Shown here one piece after another: positions 47,304 to 53,407 of a stretch of DNA of 64,000 bases. Position 1 is the stretch's first letter; each line of letters opens with the position of its first letter. The stretch covers positions 478,497 to 542,496 of the forward strand of contig JAFQTP010000002.1 in assembly GCA_017409005.1 (NCBI GenBank). Reading direction: 5' to 3'. Position numbers and translations under genes: made by a program. The stretch comes from Clostridia bacterium. GTDB lineage: Bacteria > Bacillota > Clostridia > Christensenellales > UBA1242. The notes beneath the pieces are model-generated. The model saw only the letters and a list, made by a program, of their open reading frames with translations. It searched no databases and was not told the origin of the DNA.

Positions 47304-47786
47304 ATGGATATTTTAGAATTAATTGAAGATACTGTTGAGGTTGATGCAAAAACTTTTGGTTTAGCAGTTTTAGAAAAAGTTGCTAAATTAGATGTTACAC
47401 AAGAACAAATGCAAGAATTTGTTGAACTTGTTGAATATTGGACCGAACGTATGGAAGACGACGTTGAAAATTTATTAGACATGATTGTTTGCGAAGATGG
47501 TTGCGGCTGCGAAGACGAGCATTGCCATTGTGGTTGTGAAGACGATTGCGAATGCGACGAAAATTGCGAATGTGGCTGTCAAGATGGTGAAGAGTGCACT
47601 TGCCACGAGGAAAAAGAATGCCATTGCCACGATAAAAAAGAAGATAAAAAACAAGCTTGTGGTTGCAAATCTGAACATAAAGAAAACAAAGAATGCAAAC
47701 CTAAAAAAGAAAGCACTTGCATTTGTGGCGACCCAAATTGTACCTGCGGTTGCAACGAAGGCAAACCTTGCACCTGCAAAAAATAA
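47304..47786 (+). CDS. cysteine-rich (25 Cys in the last ~100 aa) metallothionein-like protein with an acidic helical N-domain
   Basis: SD GGAGGG lies 8 nt upstream of ATG 47304. C-terminal half: CEDGCGCEDEHCHCGCEDDCECDENCECGCQDGEECTCHEEKECHCH...CICGDPNCTCGCNEGKPCTCKK, dominated by CxC motifs with His/Glu/Asp. Confidence 0.75.
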   Translation: MDILELIEDTVEVDAKTFGLAVLEKVAKLDVTQEQMQEFVELVEYWTERMEDDVENLLDMIVCEDGCGCEDEHCHCGCEDDCECDENCECGCQDGEECTCHEEKECHCHDKKEDKKQACGCKSEHKENKECKPKKESTCICGDPNCTCGCNEGKPCTCKK

Positions 47787-47797
47787 TTAGAAATAAT

Positions 47798-47825
47798 AAA
47801 AACACCCAGTTTAGGGTGTTTTTAT
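47798..47825 (+). terminator. intrinsic terminator
   Basis: AAAAACACCC-AGTTT-AGGGTGTTTTTA. Confidence 0.75.
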
Positions 47826-47831
47826 TAAATA

Positions 47832-47860
47832 TTGACAAAACTATAAATTACTGATAATAT
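47832..47860 (+). promoter_or_regulatory. strong candidate sigma-A promoter (extended -10) of orphan unit 1
   Basis: TTGACA, a 17-nt spacer containing TG, then TAATAT. The predicted start falls at about 47867. Confidence 0.6.
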
Positions 47861-47866
47861 TTAAAT

Positions 47867-48008
47867 ATGAAAGTGATTGGCTCGGTTTTTAGCCTTGTAG
47901 CCCCCACACACTTGAGTTTTACTTATGTAAACACTCGTGGCACTTTCTTAAAGTGGCAATTGTTATGGTTTATCTTTTAAGATGTGCCATTGCAGCCACT
48001 TTTTTATT
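47867..48008 (+). other. orphan transcription unit 1: either a structured small RNA or a leaderless 37-codon ORF (47867-47980)
   Basis: There is no SD. The ATG coincides with the predicted +1. The ORF reads MKVIGSVFSLVAPTHLSFTYVNTRGTFLKWQLLWFIF. The 3' end forms an AAAGTGGC...GCCACTTT stem followed by TTTTTTATT. Alternative pairings exist (CACTTT/AAAGTG and TGGCAC/GTGCCA). Confidence 0.35.
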
Positions 48009-48042
48009 GGAAGTGTAAATATAAAAAGTATATATTTTACTT

Positions 48043-48070
48043 TTGCTTGATTGTATGTTATTATTATATT
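48043..48070 (+). promoter_or_regulatory. candidate promoter of orphan unit 2
   Basis: TTGCTT, 16 nt, TATATT. Confidence 0.4.
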
Positions 48071-48076
48071 AGTCAT

Positions 48077-48193
48077 ACATGATGTGGCTGTTTGTAAAGG
48101 TAGCTCCTATTACAAACCTTGGCTGAAATGCCATGAGGCTGGGTGAGGACGCTCATTACAGGATGCTGAACTCGTTTAACGAGTTCTTTTTTT
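48077..48193 (+). ncRNA. candidate small RNA (orphan unit 2, ~115 nt), family unknown
   Basis: Bounded by a promoter-like element and a clear terminator (GAACTCG-TTTAA-CGAGTTC plus TTTTTTT at 48168-48193). Has internal hairpins GTTTGTAA..TTACAAAC and GGTGAG-GACG-CTCATT and three GGCTG words. It contains only a 15-codon ORF, without an SD. Confidence 0.35.
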
Positions 48194-48223
48194 ATTTAAT
48201 AAAGTTTGTTAAAGGAAGTATTA

Positions 48224-48250
48224 AAATAAAAAAGTAGTCGTTTGACTACT
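48224..48250 (-). terminator. intrinsic terminator of the tRNA pair
   Basis: On the minus strand: AAAGTAGTC-AAAC-GACTACTTT followed by TTTATTTT. Confidence 0.7.
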
Positions 48251-48256
48251 TTATTT

Positions 48257-48333
48257 TGGTAGGAATGAGTGGACTCGAACCACCGACCCCCACCTTATCA
48301 GGGTGGTGCTCTAACCGACTGAGCTACATTCCT
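48257..48333 (-). tRNA. tRNA-Ile (anticodon GAU), CCA encoded
   Basis: Hand-folded cloverleaf, 77 nt: AGGAATG/CATTCCT acceptor, GCTC-AGTCGGTTA-GAGC D arm, CCACC-CTGATAA-GGTGG anticodon arm, GGTGG-TTCGAGT-CCACT T arm, ACCA end. Confidence 0.9.
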
Positions 48334-48428
48334 ATATTTAGTTGCGAATTAAATCGCATGGTTAACAAGTTGATTAAAACTTGCACTTTTAAGGGGAGAT
48401 TTAAGAATAAATCTTAAAGACATAATAT

Positions 48429-48505
48429 TGGTGGAGATAGGCGGATTCGAACCGCCGACCCCCTGCTTGCAAGGCAGGTGCTCTAGCCAGCTGAGCTATA
48501 CCCCC
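48429..48505 (-). tRNA. tRNA-Ala (anticodon UGC), CCA encoded
   Basis: Hand-folded cloverleaf, 77 nt: GGGGGTA/TATCTCC acceptor with the G3:U70 Ala identity pair, CCTGC-CTTGCAA-GCAGG anticodon arm, GGCGG-TTCGAAT-CCGCC T arm. Confidence 0.92.
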
Positions 48506-48584
48506 AAGATGCACTTACTAGTTAAGTTATGTGGGCAATGGTGGTGGCCGGCGCACATAACCAGTATCAAGTAAATGCTCTATT

Positions 48585-48613
48585 ATAATATCATTGTAAG
48601 TGGGTTATGTCAA
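48585..48613 (-). promoter_or_regulatory. candidate sigma-A promoter of the tRNA-Ala/tRNA-Ile unit
   Basis: On the minus strand: TTGACA, 17 nt, TATTAT(AAT), ~75 nt upstream of tRNA-Ala. Confidence 0.6.
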
Positions 48614-48671
48614 CAAGTTTTTTAAACTTTTTTATATAAATTTTTTATTATTATTTTATTAAAAATGGGTA

Positions 48672-48700
48672 TTGAATTTTAATATAAATTATATTAGAAT
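48672..48700 (+). promoter_or_regulatory. candidate promoter giving a (near-)leaderless HAD-like mRNA
   Basis: TTGAAT, 17 nt, TAGAAT. The -10 ends 9 nt before ATG 48710, and no SD lies between them. Confidence 0.45.
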
Positions 48701-48709
48701 ATATTTGCT

Positions 48710-49303
48710 ATGGAAAAGTATTTTATATTTTTAGATATTGATGGAACCCTTTGGGATAATAGTCAAAGCGAAATAAAAAAAGTTGTGTCGCAAGATTTAA
48801 GTGCCGATAGTGTAAGTGCGGTTAATTTTTTATGCGAAAATTTGCAACATAATGGTTTTAAGCCAGAAATTGTGATAATTTCTAAGCAACGTGTTCGTTG
48901 GCTTAAATGCAGGTGGAACCTTTGGGAACATGGTTTAAATAAAGAAATTCCGTTAATTAAGTTGCCAATTGGAAAGTTTACTAGGGGCGAACGAATTTCA
49001 CTTATGCTTTATGATGCAAAACGTGGCAAAGATATTTACGAAACAGAACACAAATTTAGTTTATTCGATTATTTTCATTTAGACTATGCAAGCAAGTGTA
49101 ATAACTATGTTGTAATTGACGATAGTCCAAAAGAACTTGCAAACATACCATCTTCAAACTATATTCAAACAAACATAGATAATGGCAGGCTAAACACCCA
49201 AATGGTTATAAACTATTTACAAAGTAAAGGTTTAATAATCGAAAGTCCACTAACACCAAAACAAAATGTAACATCTAGCAATTTAACGCCAAAACAAAAA
49301 TAA
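48710..49303 (+). CDS. HAD-superfamily-like protein (DxDxT motif), function unknown
   Basis: 197 aa. N-terminal FIFLDIDGTLWD (HAD motif I) and a later VVIDDS (motif IV-like). Confidence 0.65.
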   Translation: MEKYFIFLDIDGTLWDNSQSEIKKVVSQDLSADSVSAVNFLCENLQHNGFKPEIVIISKQRVRWLKCRWNLWEHGLNKEIPLIKLPIGKFTRGERISLMLYDAKRGKDIYETEHKFSLFDYFHLDYASKCNNYVVIDDSPKELANIPSSNYIQTNIDNGRLNTQMVINYLQSKGLIIESPLTPKQNVTSSNLTPKQK

Positions 49304-49330
49304 AAAACACCATAAATTTGGTGTTTTTTT
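49302..49330 (+). terminator. intrinsic terminator
   Basis: AAAAAACACCA-TAAATT-TGGTGTTTTTTT. Confidence 0.75.
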
Positions 49331-49408
49331 GTTTTGTGCTGTAATTTTAATTAAGCTAATTTGTTTTTTGTGCTATACTAACTTTAGTTTATTTAAAAGG
49401 AAATTATT

Positions 49409-49909
49409 ATGGACGCAATTGTATATGTTTCTAACACTGGTTTTACTGCAAAATATGCAAAACTTTTAACACTTGAAACAAGCATTCCAAACTACACATT
49501 GGAAGAGGCTAAAAAGAACTTAAAAAAGGGTAGTGAAATTGTTTTTTTAGGTTGGATTATGGGTGGAGTTATTAGTGGATTTAAAAAAGCAAAACGCCGC
49601 TATAAAATTAAATGTGTTGCAGGTGTGGGAATGGATAGCCCTAAAAACGAAACTGGCGAATATTTGGCAAACAAAAACAAAATAAAAGATATTCCAACTT
49701 ACTATTTGCAAGGTGGTTTTAACATGGGAAGGTTAACCGGAGTTTATGGTGTTATGATGCGCAACATGCTAAAACAACTTCAAATGAAAAAAGAAAAAAG
49801 TAAAGAAGATGTTGAGTTTGAAAAACAAATTTCTAAAGGCTTCGATAAAGTAAAAATGGAAAATTTGCAACTTGTTTTATACGAAATTAGAAAGGCTGCC
49901 AAGGAGTAA
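49409..49909 (+). CDS. flavodoxin-like fold protein, function unknown
   Basis: 166 aa. The N-terminal IVYVSNTGFTAKYAKLL resembles the flavodoxin S-x-T-G-x-T phosphate loop. SD AAAGGAAA. Confidence 0.5.
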   Translation: MDAIVYVSNTGFTAKYAKLLTLETSIPNYTLEEAKKNLKKGSEIVFLGWIMGGVISGFKKAKRRYKIKCVAGVGMDSPKNETGEYLANKNKIKDIPTYYLQGGFNMGRLTGVYGVMMRNMLKQLQMKKEKSKEDVEFEKQISKGFDKVKMENLQLVLYEIRKAAKE

Positions 49910-49911
49910 GC

Positions 49912-50367
49912 ATGAAAGTTTACTATTCAAACGAAAAAATTATTAAAGGTCAAAAATCAATTTTCTTGGCTGGCACAACTGCACAAGATAGAGCAAACGA
50001 TTGGCGCAAACAAGTTGTTAAACTTTTAGAACTTGCTGGTTACGATGGTGTTGTTTATAACCCAGATTACACCGATTTAAAAGTTAAAAATTCTTACGAA
50101 AACCAACTTAAATGGGAACTTAAAGGAATATCTGAGGCAACAGCAATTTTGTTTTGGGTAGACCGCGATATGCCTGATAGGCCAGGGCTTACAACCAACG
50201 TTGAGTTTGGCTATTGGTTGCACTCGGGCAGAGTGGTTTATGGCAGACCAAATTCAAGCGAAAAGTGTTTATATTTAGATATGCTTTATAAATTAAAAAC
50301 AGGTAAAAAACCTTGTTGTTCGCTAAAAGAAGTTGTTAACAAAACACTTGAGTTTTTAAATGAATAA
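49912..50367 (+). CDS. nucleoside 2-deoxyribosyltransferase-like protein
   Basis: 151 aa. The SIFLAGTT...W(R/K)...NPD...ILFWVDRD...GLTTNVEFGYW pattern matches the Nuc_deoxyrib_tr-like family as I recall it. Starts 2 nt after the upstream stop. Confidence 0.6.
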   Translation: MKVYYSNEKIIKGQKSIFLAGTTAQDRANDWRKQVVKLLELAGYDGVVYNPDYTDLKVKNSYENQLKWELKGISEATAILFWVDRDMPDRPGLTTNVEFGYWLHSGRVVYGRPNSSEKCLYLDMLYKLKTGKKPCCSLKEVVNKTLEFLNE

Positions 50368-50385
50368 TAGTTATAACAATATGTT

Positions 50386-50415
50386 AAAAATGGCTGTAAA
50401 TTAAGCCATTTTTTA
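50386..50415 (+). terminator. intrinsic terminator
   Basis: AAAAATGGCT-GTAAATTA-AGCCATTTTTT. Confidence 0.75.
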
Positions 50416-50418
50416 TTT

Positions 50419-50443
50419 GTTTGCATAATAGTTTGCATAGTAG
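50419..50443 (+). repeat. 25-nt tandem motif GTTTGCATAATAGTTTGCATAGTAG (copy 2, plus orientation)
   Basis: Exact match to the reverse complement of 31749-31773. Lies 3 nt beyond the terminator T-tract at 50386-50415. Confidence 0.85.
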
Positions 50444-50623
50444 GGTAAAAGTTTGGTTTTGGGTGTTAAAAATTAAAAACTTATAATAAACAAAAGTTTT
50501 TTAATGTTGGCGTAAATAAAACAAATATATTAATTTGTTTGGCTAGTTTTTTAAGTAGTGTTAAAATATAGTTAATAAAACAAATTTTGTTTTTAATTTC
50601 AAATTATATTAAGGGGGAATAGC

Positions 50624-51901
50624 ATGAAATTAACAAAAGAAGAGCAGGAAATTTTAAACGGCTCTCAAGGCGAAACTAAAGCAAAAATTTTAAGAACTTT
50701 AGTTGAATTTGGCGATGTGTTTGGTGCCGATAAATTAGTTCCTGTTACTCACGATGGGCATTTGGTTACATCGTTTGGTATTAGTTTAATTAAACCATTG
50801 TTTAGAATTATGGACGAAATTATTGATGCAGGCATTAAGGCTGAAAAACCTTTTACTGTAGACCCACGTCCAATAGATTACGACAACGTTAAATGCACAA
50901 TTTTAGATAAATTAATTTTTAGCAAAATTATGTATGGACAACAAAAACGATATGAGGAACAACTTAGAAAAATTGGTTTAAAAACTAAAGATAGTTTTAC
51001 TTGCACTTGCTATATGGACGAGGTTGGCAACATTCCAAAATATGGCGATGTGTTAACTTGGGCAGAAAGCAGTGCAGTTGTTTACGCAAACTCGGTTATT
51101 GGAGCACGTTGTAACCGTAACTCTGGCATGATTGACTTATTTGGAGCAATTATGGGCAAAGTTCCTTACTTTGGATTATTAACCGACGAAGGTCGCCAAG
51201 CAAATTGGATTATTGAAGTTAAAACAACAAAAAAACCAGAAGCTCAAATTTTAGGTAGCGCAATTGGTTTAAAGGTTATGGAAGATGTTCCTTATGTTAA
51301 AGGTCTAGATAAATTTTTAGGAACCGAACTTAACGACGATGTTAAAAGTTATTTAAAAGATTTTGGTGCTGCAACAGCATCTAATGGCGCAGTTGGATTA
51401 TATCATATTGAAAATCTAACACCAGAAGCTGTTAACTATGGCGAACAATTAATTAATAAAAACGCTAAGGTTTATGTTATTGATGACGAAGAGTTAGAGC
51501 GTGTTTATAAAAGCTATCCGGTTCTTTGGAAAAACAAAGAGGCAAAACCAGAGCGTGCATTTATTGGTTGCCCACACTTAAGTTATAATCAATTGGTAAA
51601 TTGGGCAAACAACATCATTGCTGGATTGCAAGAAACCGGACGTAAAAAAGTTGCTTTAACCACAATTTTAACAACAAGCCCACAAGTAAGACAAAAGTTT
51701 GAACAAACCGATTTATATAAACAACTTGTTAAAACTGGTGCAAAAGTTTCAAGCATTTGCCCGCTAATGTATACAAACAATCCAATTGCAGGTAAAAAAC
51801 CAATTTTAACTTCTTCTAATAAACTTCGCACCTATTCTAAGGCTCGTTATTTAAAAGATGAAGATATTTTAAATGTTATTGTTGGCAAGGAGGTTAAATA
51901 A
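50624..51901 (+). CDS. aconitase X large (catalytic, DUF521) subunit
   Basis: 425 aa. The N-terminal MKLTKEEQEILNGSQGETKAKILRTLVEFGDVFGADKLVPVTHDGHL pattern is typical of DUF521/AcnX. SD AAGGGGGA. Confidence 0.8.
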   Translation: MKLTKEEQEILNGSQGETKAKILRTLVEFGDVFGADKLVPVTHDGHLVTSFGISLIKPLFRIMDEIIDAGIKAEKPFTVDPRPIDYDNVKCTILDKLIFSKIMYGQQKRYEEQLRKIGLKTKDSFTCTCYMDEVGNIPKYGDVLTWAESSAVVYANSVIGARCNRNSGMIDLFGAIMGKVPYFGLLTDEGRQANWIIEVKTTKKPEAQILGSAIGLKVMEDVPYVKGLDKFLGTELNDDVKSYLKDFGAATASNGAVGLYHIENLTPEAVNYGEQLINKNAKVYVIDDEELERVYKSYPVLWKNKEAKPERAFIGCPHLSYNQLVNWANNIIAGLQETGRKKVALTTILTTSPQVRQKFEQTDLYKQLVKTGAKVSSICPLMYTNNPIAGKKPILTSSNKLRTYSKARYLKDEDILNVIVGKEVK

Positions 51902-52347
51902 TGGAAAAAGTTTTTAAAGGCCGCGTTATTGGTGGCGGAGAGTTAACCGGAACAGCAATTGTTTCACGTCAAGGTGTAAACACACTTGCAACATTTCAAT
52001 CAAGTGCACTTAAAAATGCTAAACAAGTTTTAAGCTCCGACCAAAACAATCCAGATATTTACAAACAAAACCTAACTGGTCAAATTTTATGCTTGCCAAA
52101 AACCATTGGTTCAACCACTGGCGGATTGGTTATTCAAGCAATTTGTGCAATGGGCATCAACCCAAGCGCAATGCTATTTTCCGAGGAAATTGATTCACTT
52201 GCAGCTTCCGGCATAATTCTTGCTAGAAACTGGGAAAATAGTTCAATTATTGCAATCGATAAACTTGGCGACGAGTTTTTAGCTTATGTTCAAACTGGCG
52301 ATAAAATTGAAATTAGTGCCGATGGCACTGTTAAAGTTATTAGATAG
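51901..52347 (+). CDS. aconitase X swivel-domain (DUF126) small subunit
   Basis: 148 aa. FKGRVIGGGELTGTAIVSRQGVN... Its start overlaps the large-subunit stop (TAATG). Confidence 0.8.
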   Translation: MEKVFKGRVIGGGELTGTAIVSRQGVNTLATFQSSALKNAKQVLSSDQNNPDIYKQNLTGQILCLPKTIGSTTGGLVIQAICAMGINPSAMLFSEEIDSLAASGIILARNWENSSIIAIDKLGDEFLAYVQTGDKIEISADGTVKVIR

Positions 52348-52382
52348 TTTGATTGGTTTTGGCTGTTTATAAATAAAACATT

Positions 52383-52414
52383 AAAGAAAATCACATGTGT
52401 GGTTTTCTTTTTTT
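52383..52414 (+). terminator. intrinsic terminator
   Basis: AAAGAAAATCACA-TGTG-TGGTTTTCTTT plus TTTTT. Confidence 0.7.
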
Positions 52415-52458
52415 AAATAACTCTTTTAATTAAAACCAAACTATGCTAAAATTGCTGT

Positions 52459-53301
52459 ATGGAAAGATTGCAAGAAATAGAAAGAACAATAATTAAAAAA
52501 TATCGTAATAACATTTGGAAGCGTTTTATTCGTGCGGTTGTTGATTTTGAACTAATTAAACCTAACGATAACATTGCTGTTTGTATTAGCGGTGGCAAGG
52601 ATAGTATGTTGCTTGCAAAATGCATGCAAGAACTTAAAAAACATGGTAAATTTGATTTTGGTTTAAAGTTTATTGTTATGGACCCAGGCTATGCAAAGCC
52701 AAACCGCGAGCTTATTGAAAGTAATTTAAAACTTTTAGGTATTAACGCTGAAATTTTTGAAACAAACATTTTTACTGCTGTTACCGAAATAACTAATTCG
52801 CCATGCTATTTATGTGCCAGAATGCGTAGAGGGTATTTATATAAAAAAGCACAAGAGTTGGGTTGCAACAAAATTGCACTGGGGCACCACTTCGACGACG
52901 TTATAGAAACGGTTTTAATTTCAATGTTTTATGGTGCCGAATATAAAACTATGATGCCTAAACTAAAATCAACTAATCACCCAGGAATGGAATTAATTAG
53001 GCCACTATATTACGTTAAAGAAGCCGATATTAAACATTGGCAAACTTTTAATGAACTTAAATTTTTACAATGCGCTTGCAAATTTACCGATGGTTTGGCA
53101 CAAGGAAAAATTTCTGGAAAAAGGCAAGAAGTTAAGGAACTTATTGCACGTTTGCGTGAGATAAACAAAAATATTGATATAAACATTTTTAGAAGTTTAT
53201 GTTCGGTTAATTTAACAACCATTTTAGGTTATAAACAAAACAATAAATTAATCAGTTTTTTAGATAATTACGACAACGTTAATTCCGACTCAGAAGATTA
53301 A
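52459..53301 (+). CDS. ttcA: TtcA-family tRNA 2-thiocytidine synthetase (PP-loop ATPase)
   Basis: 280 aa. PP-loop CISGGKDS, CYLCARMRRG, GHHFDD. Confidence 0.85.
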   Translation: MERLQEIERTIIKKYRNNIWKRFIRAVVDFELIKPNDNIAVCISGGKDSMLLAKCMQELKKHGKFDFGLKFIVMDPGYAKPNRELIESNLKLLGINAEIFETNIFTAVTEITNSPCYLCARMRRGYLYKKAQELGCNKIALGHHFDDVIETVLISMFYGAEYKTMMPKLKSTNHPGMELIRPLYYVKEADIKHWQTFNELKFLQCACKFTDGLAQGKISGKRQEVKELIARLREINKNIDINIFRSLCSVNLTTILGYKQNNKLISFLDNYDNVNSDSED

Positions 53302-53317
53302 ATAATAAAAACAAAAG

Positions 53318-53348
53318 TAAAACACCAAATTGGGTGTTTTATTTTTTT
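53318..53348 (+). terminator. intrinsic terminator
   Basis: AAAACACC-AAATT-GGGTGTTTT plus ATTTTTTT. Confidence 0.7.
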
Positions 53349-53407
53349 AACTAAAATATGGCTGTTTTCATATATAATTTTTAGATTTATTTTTTGAGGT
53401 GAACAAT

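Noticed and set aside
47475-47790. Three alternative-frame or antisense ORFs overlapping the Cys-rich gene.
   Set aside because: Only the 47304 frame has an SD (GGAGGG) and a coherent N-terminal domain. The others arise from the repetitive TGC/GAA/GAC codon composition.
47867-48193. Assignment of the orphan units to SRP RNA, tmRNA, RNase P RNA, 6S RNA or a known riboswitch.
   Set aside because: - The conserved blocks I can recall are absent on both strands. Those are the SRP GGAAGCAGC-type helix 8, the tmRNA tRNA-like end and the RNase P GAGGAAAGUCC.
- No downstream gene exists for a riboswitch.
- 6S RNA cannot be excluded by eye, so the units are left unassigned.
48257-48505. The idea that the tRNA-Ile/tRNA-Ala pair marks an rRNA operon in the window.
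   Set aside because: The flanks contain no 16S 3'-end or 23S 5'-end sequence. The unit has its own promoter and terminator, and its order is the reverse of an rrn spacer.
44811-50367. A prophage or integrative element inserted at the tRNA genes.
   Set aside because: No integrase, recombinase or phage structural genes are present, and I found no duplicated tRNA 3' segment. I treat it only as a possibly variable region.
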